A DNA stretch of 64,000 nucleotides from Narcine bancroftii (lineage: Eukaryota). The notes below the pieces were generated by a model that had not been told where the DNA came from, ran no database searches, and saw only the letters and a list, made by a program, of their open reading frames with translations. The DNA is taken from NCBI RefSeq assembly GCF_036971445.1, contig NW_027211918.1:1-64000 (forward strand), written 5' to 3'. Shown piece after piece: positions 24,110-37,329 of this stretch. The translations under genes and the position numbers were made by a program. Position 1 is the first letter of the stretch, and every line of letters starts with the position of its first letter.

Positions 24110-25441
24110 GAGAGCTTGCCGCGGACCTCCATCTCCTAAAATGATAAGATGATAAAAACTATTAGATTGAGTGTGTAAAAGTAGAAGACACATTTTTCTT
24201 GTTCATTTTCCTTTGTGTGAAGACATTGTTTTATGGAACACATGTCAAACTCTGGCCCGCGGGCCAAATTTGGACTGCGATATAATTATATTTGGCCCGC
24301 AAGATCATTTCAAAAATGTATTAGAGGTGGCCCGCTGGCCGCCGCGCCAGTATAGCGCATGCACAGCTAATACTATAAATCCCAGAATGCATTGGCGTCA
24401 GCCCGCTAATCGCCCTCACTTCCTCTGTTTACGTTGCAGGGTCTCACCGTGGACTCTGGTTTTGGGGCCTGGCCGATGTCAGGGGAAGCCAAGGCCGCTT
24501 CCCAGCGCCCGGAACCGGAGGCCTCGGGCCTGACCTCGCCAGGACCGTTGCCCACTCCCCCTCCCTGCCGCAGGACGACCCGCGACTCACGGTGACGGGG
24601 CTGCTGATCCGCCAAGATGCCGCCCTGCAGCGAGAGCCGATGCCCCCGCACTGTCGTTGTCCAACCTGATCGCCCGCAAACCCCGCCCTCCCGCACACAG
24701 GCCTGAGTAAGTATTATGAATTTTAATCTCAGGATAAAATGATCTTCCAATTGTTTCATGTCACAGTTATAAATATATTCCTGGTTAAAAATGGTCCTGC
24801 ACCTGGATACAAGCTCATTAGGCATAAAACTTGAAAAGTGTGTAAATCAAAGGATATCTGTACCAATGGAAAAAGGGCATGGCAAATAACCCTGCTAGAG
24901 TTCATGCCCACAATCAGTCACCCATTTGATTGTTTCAGGAATCATGTTATTCTCCCACATTCTCCATAGCCCTCAGATTTTACTATTCGACAGCCACTAG
25001 CAACATTTGACAAATCCGCTATAGAGAAATATTATTTATTGAATATTTTATTTCTCATTTGTTCATGCTTCTGGAAAGAGTTTATCCAAAACTATTATTA
25101 AACATTTATTTTAATAAGAAAAAGTTTAACATTACATATGTTGAAAGAAGAGAAAACCTGCAGATGTTGTTGAAAATTTTCAATAAATATTTAGTTCGGC
25201 CTTCGACTTAGTCCAAGTTTTTAATTTTGGCCCTCCGTGAATTTGAGTTTGACACCCCTGTTTTATGGTTTTATTGTGTCGTATATGTTGAATATTTATT
25301 GGTTTTGGAGGGGGGTGGAAGGGGGGAGGGAGGGAAAGGGGGAAAAAAGGGAGAAAATGCCACTGTGTATATTTAATGAGAAACGTTATTATGGTTGATA
25401 TGGTTCACAGTGTGAAAAATAAAAAAATAATTAAAATTAAG
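24110..25441 (+). mobile_element. Short L1-clade 3' end split by a hAT element
   Basis: GGACCTCCATCTCCTAAAATGATAAG...A-rich tail, matching the 3' ends at ~48530 and ~52675. Confidence 0.8.
24237..25260. mobile_element. Non-autonomous hAT element, copy 1
   Basis: Imperfect TIRs AACACATGTCAAACTC / GAGTTTGACACCCCTG; perfect 8-bp TSD TTTTATGG (24229-24236, 25261-25268). Confidence 0.9.
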
Positions 25442-25574
25442 AATTTGGACAGGTACTTTACATCTATATGAGTGTAATGGAGGGTTATAGTCTGGGTGGA
25501 GGTCAGTGGAACAAGGCAGAATAATAGTCAGGTACAGACGAGAAGGGCCTAACATCCTGTTTTTGAGCTGTACC

Positions 25575-27890
25575 AGAAATATAGAAACTAGGTGCAGGAG
25601 TCGGCCATTTGGCCCTTCAAGCCTACACCACCATTCATTTTGATCATGGCTGATTGTCTACTCAGTACCCAGTACCTACCTTCTCCCCATACCCCCTGAT
25701 CCCCTTAGCCACATTTGTCTTAGCTAATCTCTTTCTCTTTAAGTCCTAATAAAAGCTTTTACAGTCATTTTTTATGTTCCCTGACACCTTTCTCTCATAA
25801 TCCATTTGACCTTTCCTCATGAATCCCTTTGTCCTCCTCTGTTGAACTCTGAATTTCTCCCAGTCCTCAGGAATATTGTTTATCTTTTGGTTAATTTATA
25901 TGCTGCTTCTTTGGATTTGATTCCCTCTCTGATTTCCCTTAGCCATGGATGCAGCACCTTCCTTGACTTATTCTTTCCCAAACTGGGATGTATAATTGTT
26001 GTATTTCAGCCAAGCTATCTTTAAATGATCGCCATTGCATTTCCATCATTGATCCTTTAAGTACATTTGCCAATTTACGTCTCATACCATCAAAGTTGCC
26101 CTTCTTTAAGTTCAGAACCTTTGTATCTGAATTCACTCGGTCACTCTCCATCTTAATGAAGAATTCCACTATATTGTGCTCACTCTTGGCCAAGGGGCTT
26201 CTCACAACAAGATTGCTAATTAACATTACTCAATACCCAGTCTAGAATGGCCTGTCCTCTTGCTGGTTCCTCCACATCCTGGTTTAGACAACAATCGCGC
26301 ATACATTCTAAGAAATCCTCTTCCTCGTTACCCTGACCAATTTGGTTCACCCAATCTACATGTAGATTAAAGTCACCCATTATAAGTGTTGTACCTTTGT
26401 TGCACACACTACCAAATTCATGGTTAATGCCATCTCTCACCTCACTGTTACTGTTAGGTGGCCTGTACACAACTTCCACTAGCGAGTTCTGCCCCTTGGT
26501 ACTTCTCCGCTCGACGCATATCGATTCCACATCCTCGAAGCTAATGTCCTTCCTTTCTATTGCATTTACCTCCTCAAACCAACAATACTGCCCCATCTCC
26601 TTTTCCTTTCTGTCCAACCCTCCAGAATACTGAATATCCCTGAATGTTGAGTTCCCAGTCTCGATCCCCCTGAAGCCATGTCTCTGTGATCCCGACTAAA
26701 TCATAGTCATTAATAGCTATCTCCACATTCAATTCATCCACCTTATTGTGAATGTTCCTTGCATTGAGACACAAAGGCTTCAGGCTTGCTTCTGCCACAC
26801 TTTTATCCCTTTTCCCATTATGTTGAGAAGTGGCCGTTTTTGATTTTTGCCCAGGGTTTACCCAACTGCTACTTTTGATTTTCACCTTGCTATCTTTTGC
26901 TTCCACCCTCATATTACACCCTTCTGTCTCTCTGCGCTTGTTCCCATCCCCCTGCAACATAAGTTTAAACCTTCCCCAACAGTGGAAGCAAACCAACTCC
27001 CAAGAACATTGGTCCCGGCCTGCCCAGATGTAGACCGCCCAGTTTGTACCAGTCCCACCTGTCCCACAACCCATTCCAATGTCTTAGGAATCTGAAACCT
27101 TCTTTCCTACACCACTGTTCATGCCACATATTTGTTCAAACTATCCTGTTATTTCTACTCTTGCTAGCTCGTGGCACTGGTAACAATACAGAGATTATTA
27201 CCCCTGAGGTCCTACTCCTTAATTTATTTCCTAGCTCCCTAAATGTATCTTATGGGACCTCATCCCATTTTTTTTCCCTTAATTGATATTACCAATATGG
27301 ACCACAACAATTGACCCTTTCAGAATGTCCTGCAGCCGCTCCGAGACGTCCTTGACCCTTGCACCTGGAGGCAACAGACCGACCGGGAGTTCCGTTGCAG
27401 TCACAGAAACTTCAGTCTATTCCCCTTCCAATGGATCACTATTGCCCTTCCACTCTTTTTCGTGCTCTCTTGCACAGCAGAATGACTCACGGTACCATGA
27501 TCCTGGATACTGATGATCCTGGGGGTCATCTCCCCAAACAATATCAAAAATGGCATATCTCTTTTGGAGGATGATGACCACAGAAGACTCCTGTGCTCCT
27601 TCCTATTACTGTTGGTCACCCAGTCCCTATCTTTCTCTACCCTCTGAAACTGCAGTGTGACCAATTCACTAAGGTGCTATCCACCACCATCTCAGCATCC
27701 CAGATGCTCCAAAGTGAGTCCACGCGCAACCCCAGTGCCGTCATGTGGTCAAACAGAAGCTGCAGCTGGACACACTTCCTGCACACGTAGTCCCCAGGGA
27801 CACTTACAGTATCCCTGAGTTCCCACATAGAATAGGAGGAGCATGATACAGGTCTGAGCTCACCTGCCATGCCTGAAACAAACTCTTGTA
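25575..27890 (-). mobile_element. CR1 LINE with ORF1 and APE but RT deleted
   Basis: ORF1 zinc-finger-like start (MWE...YVCRKC.QLQLL), APE motifs (CLNARNI, GITETWL, YRPPN, GDFN, SEHN), joined directly to a CR1 3' tail. Confidence 0.8.
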
Positions 27891-27939
27891 CATAAATAAA
27901 ATGGAAGAACAAAGAAACCTGAGAACAGGGTTAATTGTT

Positions 27940-28650
27940 GGTTACTTAAGAGTGCAGATGAACAGAAGGAACGGATGCAAATGCATACATCCCACAAGCT
28001 CACCACAGACATTGATTGGATAGTTAAGAAAGTCTATGGGATGCTTGGATTCATTAATCGGGGAATTGAATTCAGGAATAGAGAAGTCATGTTGCAATTC
28101 TACAAATGTTTAGTAAGATCACACTTATTTGTTCTGGTCACCCTATTATAGGAAGGATGTGAAAGCTGTGGAGAGGGTGCAGACGAGATTTATTAGGCTG
28201 TTGTCTGGATTGGGAAACAAATCTTATGAGGCAAGTTTAGCAGAGCTGGGACAATTTTCTTTGGATGGTAGAAAGATGAGAGGAGATTTGATAGAGGTCT
28301 GCAAGATTGTGAGAGGCAATAGATAGCGTGGAAAGCCAGCACCTGTTTTCTTGGGCAGGATCAGCAAACACCAGAGGACATCTTTCTGTACAAATTTAAG
28401 GGAGGAAGTTCAGAGTAAGATTTTTTTTAAACACAGAGAGTTGTGGGTGCCAGAAATTCCTTGCCGGGGATGGTGGTGGAAGCTGAAACATTTGGGACGC
28501 TTAAGACATTCTTTGGCAGACACACGGATGAAAGAAAAATAGAGGGTTATAGGGTAAGAATGTTTTAGTACTTGTTATTAGGAAGGGATATATGGGTCGA
28601 CACAACATCGAGGATCGAAGGGCCTGTACTGTGCTGTATTGTTCTATGTT
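27940..28650 (+). mobile_element. CR1 LINE 3' end
   Basis: FWSPYYRKDVKAVERVQ.RF...MRGDLIEV motifs and tail. Confidence 0.85.
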
Positions 28651-29134
28651 AATCACTCTGTTGGAAATAGTCTATGTACCCCAAACTCTGGATAAACGTG
28701 TGAAATAGTCGAAAGCATGTAAAAGTCAACCCACCAGTTTTTAGCCCAAACATCCGAATTTTTGTATATTTTGTGTGTAAAATTCAAGCCCACCGTATTC
28801 CTGGCCCCGTCTGTCCACCCATCGGAGCTCTTGATGTCCCGACAATGGACTCTCGCCTAGACCCCGGCTACCAGCCTGCCCATCCCAGCTCCAGATGCTC
28901 AGACCACGGACTGTCACCTTGGTCCCAGCCGCCTGCCCATCTGAGCTGACAAAGCTGTCAATGTGGACTTACAACCCGATCCCAGCAACCCGCCTCCACA
29001 CCTGAGCTCCTGACGCCTCAAGCGACACAGTTACTTACTGCAGTTGAAAGTATTGTGTATGTAATAGTCAACCCCCTAAATGTTTGCCTTAAATTTGTTC
29101 CACAAATTTCAACTATTATATTCATATTTGTGTA

Positions 29135-31337
29135 GCCCTTAGGACATTGTGGAGCAGATAAGCTGGCAGATTGTGAAACAGTGCAGAAATAACTGGCTTG
29201 TCGCTATGGGAAACTTCAACGCCCCTCATATTGACTGCGGCTTCCTTACTGCAAAAGGAAGAGCTGGAGCAGAATTTGTCAAGGGTGTCCAAGAAGGATT
29301 CCTGACACAGTATGTGAACCAGCCGATTAGAGGAGAGGCCATTCTGGATCTAGTCCTGGGTGATAAGCCTGGTAAGGCGACAGAATTCATGATGGGGTAT
29401 ATTTCAATGACAGTGACTGTTCTCAGAGAAAAGCACAGAAGAAATGCGGAGGATGTTTAGGGTCCACGTGTGGGGTTCTGGATGCGTTTGTCCCATTGAG
29501 ACAGGGAAAAGATGAGAGGAAAAAGGAAGTGTGCTTGACTAAAGAGGTGAGACAATGAGTTTAGAGGAAGAAGGAGGCTTATATAAAGTTTAGCAAGCAA
29601 AAGACAGGAAGAGTTCATGAGAATTATGTGGTAGCCAGAAAGGAACTGAAGAAAGGACTCAGGATAGCTAGAAGTTAGGCAGGAGACTGTCTTGGCAAGA
29701 AGGATTAAGGAAAACCAAAAGGCTTTCTATGCTCATAAAAAAAAAACAGAAGGATGACTCCAGTGAAGGTAGGGCTGCTTCAGGATAAAGGAGGCAACGT
29801 GTGCCTGGAGGCAGAGAGGAGGTCCTAAATGAGTAGTTTGCTTCAGTGTTCAGCAGAGAGGGGGATCTTAAATAATGTGAGGTCTATATAAAACAAGTTT
29901 CTGTGCTGGTGCAAGGTGAGGGTAAGAAAGAGAACGTGCAGAATCTTTGTAAAAACACTAGGATTGATGTTCCCGTGACTAGGCGAGATATAGCCCAGAT
30001 TATGACAGGAAGTGAGGGATGAGATTGCTGGGTCATTGACAATAATCTTGACATCCTCTCTGACCAAAGAGAAGGTACAGTGGATTGGAGAATGGTAAAT
30101 GTAAACCCTTGTTTAAGGAAGGTTATAGGGAGAATCCAGTGAATCTGACATCAGTGGTGTGCAAAGTATTGGAGAGGATTCTTCTGAACAGCATTTCCAA
30201 GCCTTCAGGGAAGCCTAGTCTGCTCTGGAATAATCAGGAGAACTTTGTGAAGGGCAGGTCATGCATCACGAACCGAATTGACTTTTTTGAGGAAGGAACA
30301 ATAGAAATTGATGAAGGCAGGGCAATTCATGCGGAGTCTGTGGATTTTAGTAAGGCAATTGACAAGGTCACCCAAGGTAGACTCATTCAAAAAGTCAAGG
30401 GGCATGAGAGCCATGGAAACTTATCTTTGTGGATTCAGAATTTTGATTGGAGATCAGTGACCAGCGAAGTTCTCTGGAATCTCTGCTTTTTATGATTTTT
30501 ATAAACGACCTAGACAAAGAATTAGAAGGTTAGTTTAGAATGTTTGCAGATGACCCAATGGTTGGAGGTGTTGTGGATAATGTGGACGGTTACGATAAGT
30601 TACAAAAGGATATATACAGGATGCAGCGATGTACGGAGAAGTGGCAGTGGTGTGAAATGATGCAATTTGTAATGTTGGACTTGAAGGCGGAATGAATGGT
30701 TAATGGCAGGATTTTTAATAATGTGGAAGAACAGAGGGACCTCGTGGTTCATATCTGTAGATCTTCCAAGGTGCAGGTTGATAGGGAACATAAGAAGGGT
30801 TATGGTGTGCTGGCCTTTATTAGTAGGGGGATTGAATTCAAGAGTTGAGAGGTAATGTTGCATCACTATAAGACTCTGGTTTGACCACACTTGGGATATG
30901 GTGTTCAGTCCTTGTCGTCTCATTGTAGGAAGGATGTGGAAGCTTAAGAGAGGGTGGAGAGAGTATGGGATGTTGCCTGGATTGGAGAACAAGTTTTATG
31001 AGGCAAGGTTAACATATCTTGGGTTTTTCGCTTTGGAGCGATGAAGGATGAGAGGTGACTGAATAAAAGTTTTATAAGATTACGAGTGGCATCAATAGGA
31101 TGGAGAGCCAGCACCTTTTTCCCAGAACGACAGAAGCAAATACCAGAGGACATCGGTATAAAGGTGAGGGGAGGAAATTTTAAGGGTGACATCAGGGGTA
31201 GGTTTTGACACAAAGAGCAGTGGGTGCCTGGAATTCATTGCCAGGGTAGTGGGGGAGGTTGATAGAATAGGGGCATTTAAAAGACTCTTGGACACAAGCT
31301 AAATAGAGGGTGTGATGCAGGGAAGGTTTAGCTTGTT
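29135..31337 (+). mobile_element. CR1 LINE ORF2, degenerate; 3' UTR continues at 37346-37415
   Basis: GNFN, LDLVL, PVNLTSVVCKVLE, DFSKAIDKV motifs; interrupted by the L1 insertion. Confidence 0.85.
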
Positions 31338-34300
31338 TTTTTAAATTTTTTTATTTTTCACACTATAAACCATATTGACCAAGATACATACAGACCTTTT
31401 TTTTTCTTGAATATATACAGTGTCATTTTCTCCCCCCTTTTCCTCCCTCCCTTCCCTCCCTCCCTCACCCCCTTTCCCATTTATTTGAAGTTCAATCTAT
31501 AAGATACATTAAACCCGTCAAACAATGTTGTCACTTAATAAAATTAAACAAGAAATTTTACTGAGTCAGTTCTTTTCATTGTCTTCTCCTTCTGTCATTT
31601 TAGGTGGTGGAAGTCCATGGTAGGATTTCTCTATTGTATTTCATGTATGGCTCCCATATTTGTTCAAATATTGTGATGTTATTTCTTAAATTATAGGTTA
31701 TTTTTTCTAATAGAATACATTTATTCATTTCTATATATCATTGTTGCATTCTCAATTTGTCTTCTCATTTCCAGGCTGACATAATACACTTTTTTGCTAC
31801 AGCTAGGGCTATCATAACAAATCTTTTTTGTGCTCCATGCACATCGAGTCCAAATTCTTTATTTCTTATATTACTTAGGAGGAAGATCTCTGGGTTTTTT
31901 GGTACATTGCTTTTAGTGATTTTATTCAATATCTGGTTTAGATCTTCCCAAAATGTTTTCACTTTTTCACATGTCCAAATTGCAAGAATTGTTGTTCCCG
32001 TTTCCTTTTTACAGCAAAAACATCTGTCTGATACTGTTGGGTCCATTTATTTAACTTTTGAGGTGTGATGTATAGCCTGTGTATCCAGTTATATTGTATC
32101 ATGCGTAACCTCGTGTTTATTGTATTTCTCATAGTTCCGGAGCGTAGCTTTTCCCATGTTTCATTCTTTATCTTTATGTTTAGATCTTGTTCCCATTTTT
32201 GTTTAGGTTTACCATTTGTTTTCTTGTTCTCCTTTTCTTGCAGTTTGATGTACATGTTTGTTACAAATTTTTTAATTATCATTGTGTCTGTAATCACATA
32301 TTCAAAATTGCTTCCTTCTGGTAACCTCAGACTGTTTCCCAATTTGTCCTTCAAGTAGGTTTTCAGTTGGTGGTATGCAAACATTGTATCGTGAGTTATA
32401 CTATATTTATCCTTCATTTGTTCAAAGGATAATAATTTATTTCTCGAAAAACAATTTTCTATTCTTTTGATCCCTTTTCTCTCCAATTCTCTAAAGGAAA
32501 GGTTATCTATTGTGAAAGGGATTAGTTGATTTTCCACCAATATTAGTTTTGGTAGTTGGTAATTTGTTTTATTCCTTTCTACATGAATCTTCTTCCAAAT
32601 GTTGAGCAGATGATTCAATACCGGTGAATTCCTACATTGCACCAATTTTTCATCCCATTTCTCGGATCCGGAAAAGGCACGAAAATTTGCAGAACAATTA
32701 CAAAACAGACAGAGAGATGAAGAGATGTAACAAGAACAAAAATGACAACAAACTATATATGTATATATAAAAAAATATAGAGTATAAGTAAGAACTAAGA
32801 AGGGAAAGAAAGGGAAGAAATGAAGTAAGGAGGGAATTAAGAGAGTGACCTTTGTTATATATGAAGATTAAAATCTTTTCTGGGGGGGCTGGGTGGGGAA
32901 AAATAACAGTCACTGCGAAATCAGTTGACACTTGCGAGCGGATTCGCAAATCCAAATGGAGAGGGGAGATGTGGTTGCCTGACAAGGGACAAAGGGCAAC
33001 TCAGAAAGGGGACAGACTATTGGGGTTAAAGGAATTTTAGATCTGAGAATAGTGGAAATATTTTGTTTTAGAAATGTTGTCTTATAATGTGTTCAAAAAA
33101 AAAGCAGAAATGGATAAGAAGGGAAGGTGGTGATGAGGAAACGGAAAGGAAAGATAAACAAAGTATGAAATTACTATGTTGAACTATATGACTTTAAATA
33201 TTAATGGAATACATAACCAAATCAAAAGGAAGAAACTGTTAAATTTACTGAAAAAAGAAAAAATTGATATAGCATTCGTACAAGAAACACATCTAACTGA
33301 AGTGGAACACAATAAATTAAAGAGAGATTGGATTGGACATGTAACAGCAGCATCATACAATTCAAAAGCCAGAGGAGTAGCTATATTAATCAATAAAAAT
33401 GTACCAATCAAAATAGAAGAGGAAATAATAGATCCAGCAGGGAGATATGTAATGATAAAATGTCAGATTTATTCAGAATTTTGGAATTTACTCAATGTAT
33501 ACTCACCTAATGAAGAAGATCAAAAATTTATGCAAGATATCTTTTAGAAGATAGCAGATACGCAAGGGAACATACTAATAGGAGGAGATTTTAACCTTAA
33601 TTTGGACTCAAACATGGATAAAACTGGAAAAAAAACTAACAGAAAGAACAAAGTAACCAAATTTATAATTAAATCGATGCAAGAAATGCAACTTTTGGAT
33701 CTATGGAGGAAACAACACCCAAAGGAAAAGGAATATTCATATTATTCGGGTAGACACAAAACATACTCAAGGATAGACCTATTCCTGTTATCAGCCCACA
33801 TTCAAGGGAGAGTTAGGAAAACGGAATATAAAGCTAGACTATTATCGGACCACTCACCCCTGTTATTGGCAATAGGGCTAGAGGACATCCCACCAAGAAT
33901 GTATAGATGGAGATTAAACTCCATGCTACTTAAAAGACAGGATTTTAGAGAATTCATTGAACGACAAATTAAAATGTACTTTGAAATAAATACGGCATCA
34001 GTGAAAGATAAGTTTATACTATGGGACACAATGAAAGCGTTAATCAGAGGGCAAATAATAAGTTATATAACTAAGATGAAGAAGGACTACAATCGGGAAA
34101 CAGAACAGCTGGAAAGGGAAATAACAAATATAGAAAAAGAATTAGCAATAAAGGAAGATACAACTAAAAGAAGAGAATTGGCAGACAAAAAAAAATAAAA
34201 TATGAAACACTACAAACATATAAGGTGGAGAAGAACATAATGAAGACAAAACAGAAATATTATGAGCTAGGAAAAAATTGTACAAAATTCTAGCGTGGCA

Positions 34301-37300
34301 GCTTAAGACAGAACAAACTAAAAGAATGGTATTGGCATTAAGGAAAAAGGACAAACAAATTACATTTAATCCAATGGAGATCAATGAAAACTTCAGGGAA
34401 TTCTACTAGCAACTATATCAAACTGAAAACAAAGGGAAAGAAGACAAAATAGATGAATTTCTAACTAAAATTGAACTACCGAAATTACAAACAGAGGAGC
34501 AAAATAAATTAATAAAACCATTTGAAATAGAAGAATTACAGGAGATATTTAAAAAACTACCGAACAATAAAACACCAGGAGAGGATGGATTCCCAATAGA
34601 ATTCTATAAAATATTTAAAGACTTATTAATTCCTCCCCTCCTGGAAGTAATCAACCAGATTGATAAGACACAAAACATACCAGATTCATGCAAAACAGCA
34701 ATAATTACAGTAATACCAAAGACAGGGAAAGATCCACTAGCACCAGCGTCATATAGACCAATATCTCTACTTAACACAGATTATAAGATAATAGCTAAAC
34801 TATTAGCAAACAGATTGGCCGACTATGTACCAAAAATAGTAAATCTAGACCAAACTGGATTTATTAAAAAAAGACGAACAACGGACAATATCTGTAAATT
34901 TATTAACTTAATTCATGCAGTAGAAGGAAATAAAACTCCAACAGTAGCAGTTGCTTTCGACGCAGAGAAGGCCTTTGACAGAGTAGAATGGAATTATTTA
35001 TTCAAAGTACTACAAAAATTCAGCCTACCAGAGAAATATATTAATTAGATTAAAGCATTATATAAGGGGCCATTGGCGGAAGTGACAGTAAATGGATATA
35101 TATCAAAACAATTTAACTTAAGCAGATCAACAAGGCAGGGATGTCCACTATCTCCCTCACTGTTCGCATTAGCTATAGAACCACTAGCAGAACTGATAAG
35201 AACAGAAAATAAAATAAGAGGGATAAAAATAAAAGAGAAGAAAAAAATCAGTCTATTTGCAGATGACATTATAATATACTTAACAGAACCAGAAATATCA
35301 ATAAAAGAATTACATAGGAAATTGAAGGAATGTGGAGAAATATCGGGGTTCAGGATCAACCAAATAAAAGTGAAGCAATGCCAATGAATAATGCGGATTT
35401 CACAAAGTTCAAGAAAGAATCACCATTTAGATGGCAAACACAAGCAATGCGATACCAAGGTGTACAACTAAATAAAAATCTCGGCCATCTATATAAACTA
35501 AATTATCATCCATTAATCAAAAAATTACAAGACGACTTAGAGCATTGGAAAGACTTACCACTAATACTGATAGGAAGGATAAACTGTATTAAAATGAACA
35601 TTTTCCCAAGGATAAAATACCTATTTCAGTCATTACCAATTCACCTAACAGAGAAATTATTCAAGGAGTTAAAGAAAATAATAAGGAAATTCTTATGGAA
35701 AGGGGGGAAACTGAGGATAGCACTAGATAAATTAAAAGAATGGTACAAACAAGGAGGCTTACAACTACCAAACTTTAAGAATTATTATAGAGCCACACAA
35801 TTAAGATTCCGATCAGATTTTTATCAAACAAGGGAAAAACCAGATTTGACCAGATTAGAACTAGATAAAATAGGGGAGAAGATACCTGAACATATATTAT
35901 AGTTTGCCTTGCTGCCCCGGGATAAGTATTTTAAATACCGCTGGGTATTTTAACATAAATTTATAACCTTTATTCCATCGGATCATTTTTGCTGCATTAA
36001 ACTCCTTCCTCTTCTTCAGGAGTTCAAAACTTATATCTGGATAGAAAAAAAATTCTTGACCTTTGTATTCCAGTGGTTTTTTTGTCTTCTTTTATTTTTT
36101 TCATTGCCTTCTCCAATATATTTTCTCTTGTTGTATATCTTAGGAATTTTACTAGAATGGATCTTGGTTTTTGTTGTGGTTGTGGTTTAGGGGTTAATGT
36201 CCTGTGTGCCCTTTCTATTTCCATTTCTTCCTGTAATTCTGGTCTTCCTAGGACCCTGGGGATCCATTCTTTTATAAATTCTTTCATATTTTTGCCTTCT
36301 TCATCTTCCTTAAGGCCCACTATCTTTATATTGTTTCTTCTATTATAATTTTCCATTATGTCTATCTTCTGAGCTAACAGCTCCTGTGCTTCTTTAACAT
36401 TTTTGTCAGATTCTTCTAATTTCTTTTTTAAGTCATCTACTTCCATTTCTATGGCTGTTTCTCGTTCTTCCACCTTGTCTACTCGTTTTCCTATATCTGT
36501 CATGATCATCTCTAATCTATTCATTTTTTCTTCTGTACTTTTTATTCTTCTTTTTATTTCACAGAATTCTTGTGATTGCCATTCTTTTACCATTTCCATA
36601 TATTCTTTAAAAAAGATATATCCATGTACTTGCCCTTCCCTTCATCTTCCATTTCTCTGTGTTCTTCCTCTTCTTCTTCTGGGTCCACTCCAGGATCTGT
36701 GTCCTTTACCTCTGTCTCTTCTGGTTTTCTTGTTGGGTTGTTTATTTTATTTTGTTGGGTATTTTTGGTCTCCTTATTTTTATTAAAAGTGTCTTGGTGT
36801 TGGTCTTCTTTCTCTGGGTTGGTCATCTGTTGTTTCTTTGATTTCCTATTTTTATTCTCTTCCTTCTTGTTCTCGTTATTTTCTATGTTTTCCTGTTGAG
36901 AGTCTTGCTGTTGTGTTGTACTTGTCTGTTTCAACTGTGGAGATTTACTCCTCAGTTGGTCCCCCCTCCCGTCAGTGTTCTTTTTTGTCTTGCGCATCGC
37001 GCATTCTCACTTTTGTTTGGCTCCATGAGCCATTTTTGTAGTCCTGAGTTCGGGGTTTCCACTGACCTCAGGGAGCAGGCTTCTCTCTCCATGGCGGGCT
37101 TCCTCGACCGGTAAGGCCTTCACCTTCCTCTTCCGACGTCCTTCCTTCTTCTTTCCTTCCATTGTTTTTGGTTTTTCTTTCTTTGCTGCCATTTTCTCCA
37201 CACTTTCACTTTCAATTTGTTATGTTTTCTGTGTTAGTGCCTTAGTTTTTTCTCTACCTTTTTTTTAACTTTTCTGGAGAGGGCTGGAGTTCCCCTACCG

Positions 37301-37329
37301 TCCACTACTGAATCACGTGACTCCTCATC
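31338..37329 (-). mobile_element. Full-length ~6-kb L1-clade LINE with internal inversion
   Basis: 16-bp TSD GAAGGTTTAGCTTGTT (31322-31337, 37330-37345). ORF1 has coiled coil, RRNNIKIVGL and IERAHR. ORF2 has APE (QETHL, GDFN, SDH), RT (RQGCPLSP, FADD) and a C-terminal Cys motif. Several frameshifts; segment 32659-35900 lies on +. Confidence 0.95.

Larger units (their letters stand above)
21200..25572 (+). mobile_element. CR1 LINE ORF2 (APE+RT), degenerate, interrupted by nested SINE, L1 and MITE
   Basis: GDFN endonuclease motif, W.VAHVVPLFKG, RT motifs; CR1 3' region resumes after ~25445. Confidence 0.85.

Noticed and set aside
28670-29125. Possible Tc/pogo-type MITE with internal ~60-bp repeats
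   Set aside because: TIRs and TSD could not be defined by eye.
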